Source: Camelus ferus | Taxonomy: Eukaryota | Assembly (NCBI RefSeq): GCF_009834535.1 | Contig: NC_045696.1 | Location: 18,354,001-18,418,000 of the forward strand | Direction: 5' to 3' | DNA length: 64,000 bases | Shown here: one piece after another, positions 11,868 to 25,664 of the stretch | Layout of the letters: each line of letters starts with the position of its first letter | Position numbering within the stretch: position 1 is the first letter of the stretch | Program-made: the position numbers and the translations under genes | The notes under the pieces: model-generated | Databases searched by the model: none | Told to the model about the DNA's origin: nothing | The model's input: only the letters and a program-made list of their open reading frames with translations

Positions 11868-14800
11868 TTCAAAGGGAAGTTTGTAGCAATATAAGCTTAC
11901 CTCAGGAAACAAGAAAAATGTCAAGTAAACAACTTAACCTTATACCTAAATTATCTAGAGGAATCCAAAGTGAGTAGAAGGAAAGAAATCATAAAGATTA
12001 GAGCAAAAATAAGTGAAATAGAGACTTAAAAAAAATAGAAAGTATCAATGAAAGCTGGTTCTCTGAAAAGATAAACAAAATCAATAAACCTTTTTTTCAG
12101 ACTCATCAAGGAAAAAAAGGAGAGGGCCCAAATTAATAAAAGAGAAATTAAACAGCAGAAGTTACAACCAACACCACAGAAATACAAAGGGTCATAAGAG
12201 GCTACTATGAGCAATTATATGCTAACAAAATGGACAACTAAAATAAATAGACAACTTCTTAGAATGGTACAATCACCCAGTACTGAATCAGGAAGAAATA
12301 GAAAATGTGAATAGACCAATTACCAGTACTGAAATTGAATCAGCAATTTAAAAACTCCCAACAGACGGAAGTCCAGGACCACATGGCTATGCAGGGGAAT
12401 GCTACCAAACATTTAGAGAAGAGTTAATGCCTATCCTTGTGAAACTATCCCCAAAAATGCACAAGAAGAGCAACTTATGAATTCATTTTATGAGGCCACC
12501 ATCACCCTGATACCAAAAGCAGATATAGATATCGCAAAAAAAGAAAATTACAGGCCAATATCACTTATGAATATAGATGTAAAAATCCTCAACAAAATAC
12601 TAGCAAACTGAATCCAATAAGACATTAAAAGATTATACACCATGATGAAGTGAGCTTTATCTCAGGGATGCAAGGATTTTTCAATATCTGCAAACCAATC
12701 AGTATGATACACCACATTAAGAAATTTAAGAATAAAAACCATATGATCATATAAATATATGCAGAAAAAGCTTTTGATAGAGTTCAGTATCCATTTATGA
12801 TAAAAATTCTCCAGAAAGTGGGCATAGAGGGAACAAACCTCAACATAATAAAGGCCATATATGACAAACCCACAGCTAACATCATACTCAGTGGTGAACA
12901 ATTGAAAGCATTCCTTCTAAGATCAGGAACAAGATAAGGATGCCCACTCTTGCCACTTTTATTCAACATAGATTTGGAAGTCCTAGCCACAGCAGTCAGA
13001 GAAGAAAAAGAAATAAAAGGAATACAAATTGGAAAAGAAGAAGTAAAAGTGTCACTGTTTGCAATGACATGATACTATATGTAAAAAATCCTGAAGAGGC
13101 TACCAGAAAACTACTAGAGCTCATCAATGATTTCAGTAAAGTTGCAGGATACATAATTAACATACAGAAATCAGTTGCATTTCTATACACTGACAAAGAA
13201 ATAGCAGAAAAAGAAATTAAGAAGACAATCCTATTTACCATCACATCAAAAAGAATAAAATACCTAGGAATAAACCTACCCAAGGAGGCAAAGGATGTGT
13301 ACTCCAAAAATTATGACATTGATGAAAGAAATTGAAGATGATACAAACAGATGGAAAGATACACTGTGTTCCTGGATTGGAAGGTCAATATTGTTAAAAT
13401 GGCCATACTACCTAAAGCAAAATACAGATTTAATGCAAACCCTACCAAATTGCCAATGATATTTTTCACATAATTGAAACAAAAAAATTTAAATTTGTAT
13501 AGAAACATGAAAGACCCTGAATAGCCAAAACAATCTTGCAAAAGAAGAATGGAGCTGGAGGAATCAGGGTCCCTGACTTCAGACTATATTACAAAGCTGT
13601 AGTTATCAAAACAGTATGGTACTGGCACAAAAACAGACCTACAGATCAATGGAACAGGTTAGAAAGTCCAGAAATCAACCCATACACTCATAGTGAATTA
13701 ATCTACAACCAAGGACTCAAGAATACACAATGCAGAAAAGACAGTCTCTTCAATAAGTGATTCTGGGAAAAGCTACATGTAAAAGAATGAAGTTGAGACA
13801 TTCTTTAACACCATATACAAAAATAAACTCAAAATGAATTAAAGATCTAAATGTAAGACCAGACACTATAAACCTCTTAGAGGAAAACATAAGCAGAACA
13901 CTCTTTGACCTAAATTGCAGCAATATTTTTTTTTTCAAACCAGCTCCTAGAGTAATGGAAATATAGGCAAAAATAAACAGATGGAACCCAATTAAACTTA
14001 AAAGCTTTTGCACAGCTAAGGGTACCATCAACACAATAAAAAGACAACTTACAGAATGGGAGAAAATATTTGCAAATGATGTGACTGACAAGGGGCTAAT
14101 TTCAAAAATATACAAATAGCTCATATAGCTTAATATATATATACATAAACAAGCAACCCAAATCGAAAAGTGGGCAGAAGACCTAAATAGACATCTCTCC
14201 AAAGAAGACATCCAGATGTCCAGTTAGCCAAGAGGCACATGAAAAGATGTTCAACATCACTAATTATTAGAGAAATGCAAATAAAAACTACAATGAAGCA
14301 TCACCTCATAGCAGTAAGAATAGCCATCATTAAAAAGTCTACAAATAATAAATACTGGAGATGTTGTAGAGAAAAAGGAGCCCTCCTACACTGTTGGTGA
14401 GGATGTAAATTGGTACAGCTACTATGGGGGACAGTATCAGATTCCAGTAAAAAATTAAAAATAGAGTTACCATGTGATCCAGCAATCCCACCCCTGGGCA
14501 TATATCCAGAATAAACTATAGTTTGAAAAGGCACATGCACCTCAATGTTTATAGCACCACTATTTACAATAGCCAAGACATAGAAACAACCTAAATGTTC
14601 ATTGACAGATAACTGGATAAAGAATTTGTGATATATTTATACCATGGAATACTACTCAGCCATAAAAAGAAAAATAATGCCATTTGCAACAACATGAATG
14701 GATTTGGAGATCATTATTCTAAGTGAAGTAAGCCAGAAGGAGAAAGAAAATAACATATGACATCACTTATATGTGAAATCTTAAAAAAAAAATGATACAA

Positions 14801-15116
14801 TTTCTATTTACAAACCAAAAACAGACTCACAGACATAGAAAACAAACTATGGTTACCAAAGAGGAAAGGAATGGGAGGGATAAATTAGAGGTTGGGGATT
14901 AACAGGCACGCATTACATATATAAAATACATAAACAACAAGGACCTACTGTATAGTACAGGGAACTATATTCAATTTCTTGTAATAATTTATAATGGAAA
15001 AGAATCTGAAAAAAATATATATATATGTATGTATATGTATAAATGAGTCACTTTGCTGTACACCTGAAACTAACATTGTAAATCAACTACACTTCAAGAA
15101 AATTTTTTAAAAAAAG
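11868..15116 (+). mobile_element. 5'-truncated LINE-1 (~3.25 kb): disrupted ORF2 (post-EN region, RT, C-terminus), 3'UTR and A-rich tail
   Basis: ORF fragments 12940-13335 (DMILY..NP...[20 protein letters not shown]) and 13536-13760 (GGI..PDF.LYYKA.VIKT.WYW.KNR..DQWNR.E.PEI) are L1 ORF2; many stops and frameshifts, including a 1-bp loss in the FADD codons at ~13063 (tttgcaatgac); candidate TSD ctacaggga at 11859-11867 and 15163-15171. Confidence 0.97.
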
Positions 15117-15124
15117 AATTAACA

Positions 15125-15125
<1 letters not shown>

Positions 15126-15160
<35 letters not shown>
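15126..15160. repeat. (CA)17 microsatellite
   Basis: Perfect CA run directly after the L1 tail. Confidence 0.97.
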
Positions 15161-15162
<2 letters not shown>

Positions 15163-15866
15163 CTACAGGGACAAATTGAAGGAAAAAAACCATAACAATT
15201 AAACAAGAGGTATCAGCGTACCTATCTGAAGAAAAATTTTTTAAATGCTTCAAAATGCATGCATACATAAATATATATAAGTTGAATAAGATGTTTGCTA
15301 GTTATTGTATTTAGCTTTGTAATGTTTTCTTCGGATGACTTGGTATGGCTTAGCTTGTTTTTGCCTAGAGATTTACTGTTTCAGCAGATTTGGGAGCACC
15401 AAGTAGACAAAAATGGACAGTGCTGTGAAATATCACATATTTAAAATGTATATGTATGGATATCTGAGCAAAAGAAATGCCAATAAATTACAGAGCCCAA
15501 GGAAGAGATGAGGAAGGATGCAATGGTTTCTAACCACAATTTTGAGAAATGCATGATTAAGATCACATTTCAACATTTTTAGAAAACTTGTAACAGTGGT
15601 CTGTAATGAAAGATTTTAGGACAATAAAAGAAACATGGTAGACAATCATTCAAAATGCACCAAGAGAGTCTCTGCATCTTGAGGAATATACAGAATAATT
15701 ATTTTGCATTGGGTATGTCCAATACCCAAACATATAATTAGTAATTGCGATGATGCAGAAGAAAGACTTGAGTCATTGATATTTTTTATGGCGTTTATTT
15801 GAAGAATTAAATAATAGGGATCATCACTTTCTTTTGTAGTATTTTGGAGAGAAAAAGCAAATGGAC

Positions 15867-15891
15867 TTTTTTTTTTTTTTTTTTTTTTTTT
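15867..15891. repeat. Poly(T)25
   Basis: Homopolymer run. Confidence 0.95.
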
Positions 15892-18639
15892 GTAGAGACC
15901 TGAGCATTTAGAAACACACATGAGAGGTAAGAGGATGTTGAGTGGGAAGTGTTACTTGAAAGAAAATCAATTACGTAGAAGGAGAAAAAATTGTCAACGG
16001 TTTAGTTTGTAACACAGGAGAATCAATAGAGATTCATAGGACATTGTAGAGAGTCTACTCTTGAAATAGAAAAAATGCCACAAGGAGAAGAAATAGCCAC
16101 TGTGCAATGGCTTTATTATACCAATCAAAATAATGATTTTCACTTTATAGCAATGCCAATTTCATTAAATAAAGGCCATTAAATATCCATTGATGTAAAC
16201 AGTAATAAAAACACAGAAATGTCCTAAGAAATGTTTAAAAAGTACATAACTGAACATACATAAAATTCTATGAAAAGAAAATAATAATTAATATGTGTAA
16301 AAATTAGGTTTAATTTTATGAATAGAAGTCAGTTACTTTTTTTTTCTTCACAAGTATCACATTTCTTTGCTAGATCTTGGCAGTCACCAATATATAGAAG
16401 ATACTGAAGATTAGCCAGTTCTGTTACATTTTGCTACAAGGTTAAAATAACCCCAAATCTGCCATAGTTTGAGATATTTTAAATTAACAGGTGGGCATAA
16501 AACTGTCCTGCAATTTCTTTTATATACGTGGAGGATTTCCATCTCTCTGTCCTTTAGGATATTCTGGGAAAAGGAAAAATACAAAAACAAACAAAAAAAA
16601 CTTTTCAAGCCATTTTACTCAAGGTAAAAGTTACCATATTGATTGTAGGCATAGGGTTTGGTTTAACATCTTTTAGAGATCAGACTGTTTGGGGTGAAAC
16701 TGAAGGTACTACTCTTCAAGCTAACCATTGAAGCCATTCTTCACTAATGACGACTCATTTTTGTTTTATAAATATCATTTCATAAATTACTAAGTCAATG
16801 GAGCTGATCATTAAAAAGATAGATGAAGCTCCCTTGTAGCTACCTCCAGGAAAGTGGTTTTTTAATTAAATGCTAGCTGACTGCTCTTGAAGTATGAATT
16901 CCTGAATAAGGCAAATATTTCGTCTAGGTAGGCAATAGATCAAATTACCACATAATACCGCATTACACAAAAGAATTCTAAGTCACTGACATACGAACAT
17001 GGAACCTGTGGGCTCTAGAGGACTACAAGTTACAATTGACTTGCTGCTTCTCTTCCTGATCATTCAAATTAATGCCTGTAATAAGTCATATCTCCTTCAC
17101 ATTTTTTTCTTTTCAAGTCTACCTGCATAAATTGCTGCTTGAAAAGAAACCCCAGTAGTCAAGAGCCCTGTACTAGGAAAAGATGAAGGTATGTTCACCT
17201 AGTATTCTGCTTAATCCCCCAAACAATCCAGATGACCTGAAACTTGGGGTGCTCTCTCTTCTCTTATCATCATTCCAGATGGTTTGGGCTATAAAAAATG
17301 CAATTCAAAAATTTACTCTAAAATATTATGTAGAATGTGATAATCACTACATTTACAATGTTTTCAAAGCCTTCCCTTTCTGTGAGTCAGGATTAGTCAT
17401 AAAATTTTCTGCCTATGATTTGTTCCAAAATTTCAACTATGCATTTAAAAATATCTCTTCTTTAACTGCCAAGAATGCATACTTAATATATCCTCTTTAC
17501 ATAAAAAATGTTAAATATAAAAAGTTGATTAAAAATGAAAGTTTTGACTGTTTAGGGTTTAATAGATGCTCATTTAATTTACCCTACCAAAATTAGTACT
17601 TTTAGTTTTTTATTTCAGTTTTCTGTCTTCAATGTTGCATGCTGTTTTGCGATCTAGAAGCATAATTGCTCCTATGTTTAGTGGGATTTAAACAAAATTT
17701 GATTTTAAAAGTTTTGGGGAAGTTTATTTCTTCTCTATCATGACAGGTTGAGTCATATTTAAAAATATCATCAAACTTTCTTTTATTTAAATATGTTATT
17801 TTGCTCATATGTACTAAGATGTATTAATTAATTTTCTTCCCAGAGAGTTCTTATCACTGAACTGGTTAAGAATTAAAACATAAAAGATTTAACACATAAA
17901 TTGAAATCTGTCCACTTATCCTTATAAATGTATTTCAAGGAGATGTGAATTGTTCATGTATATATACATATACACAAATATACTTATTTATCATATCAGA
18001 TTTATCTGGCATATGGACACATATATGTGTGTATTTATGTACATAAAGCATACATATTTGTATGTACATACACTTTGCCACTAACGTTGATGAATATTTT
18101 TTTAATGCATTTTCACCTAAGCATATGGAAACTTTGCCTGTAGTAGAATTGAGTTCACTCAAATCTCAGGGATCTGAAATTACTCCAATAAGGGAATTAG
18201 CTAAAATATTCCATTGAGAGAAAAAAATCATTTTCAGAGAATAAATTAATTTCCAATTACAGATTTCTTAAAAAAATGTTTTTAAAGAACTACATTTGCA
18301 TTGATATTACAAACTTCAAAACTAAGCTTTTAAAATTAAAATTACTAAAATATTTTATTTAACAAATACTCACTATGATATCAAATGACAGATTCTAACT
18401 CTAGAAACCTTGACTATCAACATCATGTTAACATTTCTTTGCGCTGATCACCAGGAGTCTTAAAATTATCATCATTAAGTTGAAGTTCTCACTTTTAAAA
18501 ATTATACCTGAGTTTATGAAAATAAATATTCTATTTACCTTTTGAGCTATTATAATATATGCTAACAAAAAAACAGTATAGTCAGCCTGCTTCATTAAAA
18601 TATTCACATAAACATTAAATAGGAAAGGAGTTAAGTCAT

Positions 18640-18668
18640 ACACACACACACACAACACACACACACAT
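18640..18668. repeat. Interrupted (CA)n microsatellite
   Basis: 'acacacacacacacaacacacacacaca'. Confidence 0.9.
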
Positions 18669-19736
18669 AACATTGAGGAAGCAAAATTAAACTTTTCAGT
18701 ACTGCTTATTTTATCTACTACTTGTACCTTCTTTTCTCATAACAGTGATTTCCATAATACTTGGTCTAATTCATGGCTGTATCTTACTAAATAAATAATT
18801 TTGGTTTAAGTAAATGTTAATAACAATGTACTACTTAAATAATACTTTATCACTTTGACATAATGCAGAAACATATGATTTATCAAAATTTTAATCTATG
18901 TTAGCTACTACTCCAAATGTTATAAATTTGTTATCTCAATTGTTTATTATGTTAACACCACCAAGTACTTAATAATGTTATCCCTATTTACAGTTTGAAA
19001 GGTTGGAGCTTAAAAATATTGATTAATTTGGAGAAATGAGTTTCATTCCATAAAATCTGAACTCCATAGACTTAATAGCCAGGCTACACTACACTTAGAC
19101 CATGGGCTTTAAAGCCAATATATTTAAGTTCTTATCTTAGATACAAAATCTGTATGTATTGTTTTTGTGCTTGGTCCGTTATATTTTTAAGATTAATCCC
19201 ATGTTTAAGGAACCTAGAGATTTTAACATGTTTGCTGTGATGAGTTTTTTATTGAAGAGGCAGGTGTTGAAATGGTTGATTAGATGAGTAGTCAGATTCC
19301 TGATGTTAAAATGTTTTGTTGTGTTAACAGGTATTCTAAGATATGAAAATTATTTATTAAATGGAAGCATTTAACTTTATTAGACAAATTCTATTTTATC
19401 TGGGTAAAAATAAAGTAGACATCCATAGAAGACAATGTGTAACTAAGAATGGAAAATGTTTCTACCACGCTTAAAATGACAATTATGGGCTTATAGCTCA
19501 CATCTCTAAACTGACACGAAATCTGTCCTTATAGTTCCTCAGGGGATGTGTTAATTATCTTGCAATTAGATTATCTAGGGGCTTTATTCTCTGCCTTAAA
19601 AACCAAAAGATGTAATAATAATAACACCTCTACTTAATAATATAACATTTTTATATAAAATAATATTTACAAAAATTGTATTTTACATTTTCTTGCTTTT
19701 AAAATATTGTTTGATTCTCAAAATAAAAGTATGAGG

Positions 19737-22700
19737 GATAAAGTGGTTTAAGACGATAAAGTAAGATTCTGGACTCATCTCCACCCATATCAAATCTACA
19801 GCTACATATGAAGCAACTCTCGCTAAAAAGACCTGAGAACTAACAGAACAGCTATTCCACAATGAAGCAAAAAAGGGTCACATTGAGATGTGAAGGAGAG
19901 GTAGAGACACAGTCTTGCCAAAAACCACACCCCCAGTTCAGTGACCCACAATCAGAGAGATGCAATAAAAATGGAGCTTACCCATGAGGAATGAATAATT
20001 TGAGCCCCGCATCATGGACCCCAACATTTGGGACCTGCACCAGAAAAAAAGACCCCAAAATGACTGGCTTTGAAAACCAACAGGACTAATGTCTAGGAGA
20101 CCCAAAGAGCTGTAGGAAATGAAGTAACATTTAAAAGGTTCACATAGACTCATTCCCCCATCCTGAGACTCAAAACAAAAACAGCAGTTTAATAAGCACC
20201 TGTACCTGTTGTAAGGAGATTCACTTGCAAGTCTTAAGGCATCTTCTAGAGGGTCTGCTAAAACTCTCTCAGGGGAGACAAAGCCACTGGCAGGGACATA
20301 TTTGTAGTTTTCATCTACTTTACTAGTGCCTTGTTATGGGCACCATTTTTGCCCTATCCCACTGCCTTGCTAGTGCCACCTGCCCTGCCCCTGTGCTTTT
20401 GCGGCCCTGCCCCACCAAACACAGTTAGCAAGCTCAGTCCACTTAGTGCTTGGTCCTGCCTGCCAAAGCCAGCAGGTGTGCACAGTCAACACAGAGGACA
20501 CCACTTGAATGCCAAGCTGTGGCGGCCAGGGGTACTTGCATTTCTGGGCCCCATGGGACTGATACGAAGGAATAGACAATTTTTGGCAGGCTATGACCCC
20601 TCAAGTCACTGAATAGACAGCAGACTTAAACACAGCCCCCTAGTCTTCCTGTGACCACTCCTTTAAGAATAGGAAAAGTAGCTATTTTGCCTAATGCATA
20701 GAAATAAGTACAGAAAGTCAAGCAAAATGAGAAAACAGAAATATGTTCCAGAAAAAAATATAGAAAGATAATACACCAGAAACGGACAAACAAAAAAAAC
20801 TAATGAAATGGAGGTAAATAATTTGCCTGATAAAGAGTTTAAAGTAATGGCCATAAAGATTCTCACCAATCTTGAGACATGAAAGAATGAACATAGAGAA
20901 CTTCAATAAAAAGATGGAAAATATTAATAAAGTACCAAACAGAACTCACAATGCTGAAGAATACAATAACTGAACTGAAAACCAAGAAATAGGACCTATC
21001 TATATGCTGCCTATAAGACATTCATTTCAGATATAAAGGCAAACACAGACTGGGAGTTAAAGGATGGAAAAAATGTTTCATGCAAATGAAAACCAAAAGA
21101 AAGCTGGGTTAGCTACACATATTCAACAAAATAGATTTTAAAACATAGACTGTAATAAAAAACAAAGGTCATTACATAGTCATAAAGCAGTCAATCCACA
21201 GAAAGATATAAATATTTATAAACATTTATGCAATCAACATAAGAGCATCTAAATATATAAAGCAAATATTAACAAACCTAAAGGGAGAAATCAAAAGCAA
21301 TACAATAATGGTAGTAGATTTTAATACTTCACTTACATTAATGGATAGATCATCCAGACAGAAAATCAGTAAGGAAACATTGAACATAAAGGACATATTA
21401 GACCAGCTGGATTTAAAGGTATATACAGATCATTTCATCCAAAAAACAAACAGAATACACATTCTTCTCATGTGCACGTTGAGCATTCTCTATGATAGAT
21501 GTTAGACCACAAAACAAGTGTCAGTAAATTTAAGAAAGTTGAAATCATATCAAGCATCTTTTCCAACCAGAGTGGTATGAAACTGGAAGTCTGATTACAA
21601 AAAGAAAGTGAAAAAAGCACAAATATTTGGCAATCAAACAACATGCTACTAAACAACTAATGAGTCAATGAAGACATTTTAAAAAATGCCTCAAAACAAA
21701 AGAAAATGAAAGTACAACATACTAAAATTTGTAGAATGTAGCAAAAGTAGTTCTAAAAAGGAGGTTAATAGTGTTACAGGCCTACTTCAAGATGCAACAA
21801 AAATCGCAAACAATCTAAATTTCTAATTTCTGTAAAATTAGAAAAAAACTAATAAAGCCCAATTTAGTAGAAGACAGGCAATAGTAAAGATCAGAGTAGA
21901 AATAAATGAATAGAGACTAAAAACAACAATAGGAAAGATCAGTGACTATAAGAGCTGGTTTTTTTTAAAAAGTAAACAAAATTGACAAATTTTTAGCTTG
22001 TTTCACCAAGAAAAAAAAGGGGGGGGGCAAAATAAATAAAATCAAATGGAGAAATTACAACACCACTAAAGAAATACAAAGGAGCCTAAGAGAGAACTAT
22101 AAATAATTGCACACCAAAAAATTGGTCAAGTGAGAATAAATGGATACATTTCTAGAAACATATAATCTTCAAAGATTAAAACATGAAGAAGTAGAAAGTC
22201 TACTGCTAGTAAGAAAATTGAATCAATAAATTAACAACAAAAGTTCCCAAAAAACAAAAGTAGATGCCCAGCTTGCTTCACTGATGAATTCTGCCAAATA
22301 TTGAAAGATTTAATACCTATTCTTTTCAAACTAATCCAAAAAACTTGAAGAGGAAGGAACATGTCCAAATTCATTCTATAAAAACCAGTGTTATCCTGAT
22401 AGCAAAACAGATGAAAATACTACAAAAAGAATGAATAAAAGAAAGAAATTACCAGTCAATATCCCTGATAATCAAAGATGCAAAAATTCTCAACAAAATA
22501 GTAGCAAACCAAATTCAACAATAAATTGAAAGGATCGTACATTATGATCTAGTGGAATTTATGCCAGGGATGCAAGGATAGTTGAACATCTGCAAATCAG
22601 TTCACATGATACACCACATTAACAAAATGAAGAATAAACATCATATGATCATGTCAAGATTCAATATCCATTTACAATAAAAATGGTGTGAATATGCACA

Positions 22701-23160
22701 GAACATACTTCAGCGTAATAAAGACCATATATGACAAGCCCACAGTTAACATCATATTCAATAGGTGATGTTGGGAAAACTGGGCAGCTAAATGAAAAAA
22801 AAAAAAAAAATGAAGCTGGACCACTACCTTACACACAAAAAGTAACTCAAAATGGATTAAAGATCTGAATGTAAGATCAGAATTCGTAACTTCTTGAAAC
22901 AGGATGGGCAAAATGGGTGAAGAGGTTCAAGTGCCACTGACTCCTAGTCATAAAAAAAGTAAGTCATAGGAATGTAACATATAGCATGGTGACTATAGCC
23001 AGTAAATTGTATTGTATATTTTGTTAGTTTTTACGGTGACAGGGGGAAACCAGACTTACTGTGGTGATTATTTCACAGAGTAAACAAATATGAAATCATT
23101 ATGTTGTACACCTGAAACTAATATAAAGTTGTATGTCAATCATACCTCAATTTAAAAAAA
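19737..23160 (+). mobile_element. LINE-1 retaining both ends but internally deleted (5'UTR, ORF1 N-term, ORF2 EN to early RT, short C-terminal piece, L1MA9-like 3'UTR, A tail)
   Basis: 5'UTR-like 19750-20720; ORF1 start-like ~20726-20980 ('ttgcctgataaagagtttaaagtaatgg'); ORF2 EN from ~20990 ('tatatgctgcctataagac'; ORF 21308 DFNTSL..MDRSSRQKISKET); 3' end 'tgtacacctgaaactaatata...tcaatttaaaaaaa'; candidate TSD 19725-19736 / 23158-23169. Confidence 0.9.
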
Positions 23161-23249
23161 GGTATGAAGAAGGCAGATGAGACACTATTAGTTGAATTTC
23201 TACATTTCTTTTGAAATAAAGGTTTTATATTTATGTAAAATATATAAAA

Positions 23250-23760
23250 ATGCAAAATTTATAAACACATTTGACAAAATGTATAAACTCACATGAAGAA
23301 TGCACAAATCAAAAATAGAAAACTTCCTACACCCCAAAAGACTCCTGAATATCACTGTTAAATCACTGCTTTCTTCTTTTCTTTCCCTGTATAATAAGCC
23401 AATGCAAGCTTCCATTTTTTTTTACCTTTATGGTATTTTTTTATTTCCATTTGTTCATGAACAATTTTGGTTGCGTCCAGTTTGTGCTGCCATTTCTAAA
23501 TGCTATTTACATTTTGACATGTCTTGATATAGGTAAGTGTGCATTTTGATTGAATTTTAGGTCATATTGAAATTAAGGCATATGGTATGTTTAAGTTGAT
23601 CTTCAGTAGAAATTGTTTCAGTACCTACTTGTACCTGCATGTACTACAACCCAGTGGAGGGGAGTTCCAGTTGCTCTACATGCTTGCCACTATGAAGTAG
23701 TACCAGTCATGCTTTTATTTTAAGCCATTCTGCTGTTTACATGAGGCATCTAATTATAAT
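23250..23760 (-). mobile_element. Old L1 (L1ME-like) fragment
   Basis: Antisense L1 motifs 'ttttggttgcgtccagttt', 'gagttccagttgctctacatgcttgcca', 'ttttaagccattctg'. Confidence 0.6.
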
Positions 23761-23764
23761 TTTT

Positions 23765-25150
23765 TAAATGAATATTTTTGAATAATTTTAAATTTACTGA
23801 AAGTTGCAAATATAGTACACAGTGTTCCCATATGTCTGTTACTCAACTTTCCCTAAACTAACATTAACTATGATATATATGTTAAAACCGAGGTAGCCAA
23901 TAGTATTACCTTAAGTGCTATACATATTCATTCATATTTCACCAATTTTTCCATTAATGTAAATTTTGTTTCAGATCTAATTCATGATACTATACTGCAT
24001 TTGATATGCATGTTTCCTCAGTCTCCTCCATCTGTTGTTTATTCACGCTTCTTATTTTTCATGACTTTGTGATAATTGAATAGTACTAATCGTGCATCTT
24101 ATAGAATGCCCCTAAATTTGGGTTTGTGTACTTTTTTCTTGTGATTACACTAAGTTTATAGGGTTCTAGTCAACTAATACAGATACCTTGCATGTCTTTA
24201 AAATTTTTTCTCTATTTTAAATAAGTTATTTGTTTTTACCAGTAAGGATTCATGTATATTTATTGTATTCTTTGAATTATAATCCAATATATTTATTCAC
24301 ATTGTTGCGCAAATTGTTCTAACATTAGCCATTGAGAGTTCTTTCAGTTTTAGTCCTGTATCTCTTTGATGTATCCCTTTTCATTTTGTTTTGAGAGCAC
24401 TTCCTTTCTTTCTAGATGATCAAGACTGATCATGTATGTTCCCTACTCAGCTCTTAAATCAGAGCCCTGATTGCTCTAATTTTAGAATGGTATTTAGAAA
24501 TCAAGTTGTAAGATTTGATTGTGTTCATTGCTACTGGGTCATCACTGCTTCTAGACCCACTCAGTTGATAAAGACAGGAAATTCATGTTTATGCATAAAA
24601 CGTGTATACTGACATATCTGTCATTAGTTCTTAATTTTTGTGTGTGTTTGTGTATTTAAACATAATGTATGTGTGGGAATATATATATTTATACACATTT
24701 TTGATCCTATGGACAATAGTTATAATAACCATTTTAATGTCTTTGCACATTATAACATATGTGTCAATTCTGGTGTATTTTCCTTAATTGAATATTCTCA
24801 TTATGGTTTATATTTCCTTGATTCTTTGCCTACCTGGTAATCTTTGATTAGGTGCAAGACATTATAGATTTTATCTTGATTGGTGATGACTATTTTTTGT
24901 ATCTTAGGAATCCCTGAGCTTTGGTTGGTATAGGAGATTCATTTAATTTACTTGGAATAGGTTGATCCTTGCTGGTACTATTATTATTTTTAATGTTTTT
25001 AGGTAAGTTCAGTGCAATCCTCATTCCAAAGCTCATTATTCCCTATTACCTAGACAAGATTATCTTAAGTATTCTACTCAATGTTCCATGAATTATGAGA
25101 TTTTCCAGCTTGGCTGGTGAGAACAGACACAATCCTATTTGAGCACTGGA
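23765..25150 (-). mobile_element. L1MC4-like old L1 fragments
   Basis: 'tttactgaaagttgcaaatatagtacacag', 'tagaatgcccctaaatttgggtttg', 'tagaatggtatttagaaatcaag', 'ttcattgctactggg'. Confidence 0.75.
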
Positions 25151-25664
25151 CATATTGGATGTTCATGTGCAAAAAATATCCAAATAAACAATGAGGGGAA
25201 AATACAAGCATATTTTAATGGTTGTAACATATAGCATGGATAAATTCTTTAAAGAAGACAGAGACAGCTGTGGCATAAACAACTTGTTTGTTCCCAGTCA
25301 ATGCCTTTCCCCTTTATTTTTAATATAGTCAACTTTAGCTTTGCCTTGACACTGTGGATCCCTACTGAGATGCATCTTGCTGGCAATTCTACCCCCTGCA
25401 TCCAAACTCAAGGGAAACAACACAAGTTTTCAACAGGCTAATCAAAGCTACTTCCGTGCTCTCTAGGAGGGCAAATTAAGTTGATTATTTTCATTGCTCA
25501 TATGCAAATGCTGTTCTGAAATTTTTAAAAACACAATGAATAGGTTGCATTCAGTGTCAGCATTCTAATATATTTTTATAAAACAACCCACACAGTGCTT
25601 TTAAATTTACACATGATTATAGAGAATTATATCATTAAATTTCATATTATTTTTCATTCAAGGT

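Noticed and set aside
12940..13760. Active reverse transcriptase or novel RT system
   Set aside because: Standard L1 ORF2 with many stops and frameshifts, including one in the FADD catalytic motif; no ORF1 or promoter.
20290..20640. GC-richer segment as a host promoter or CpG island
   Set aside because: It is the CpG-decayed 5'UTR of the L1 at 19737-23160.
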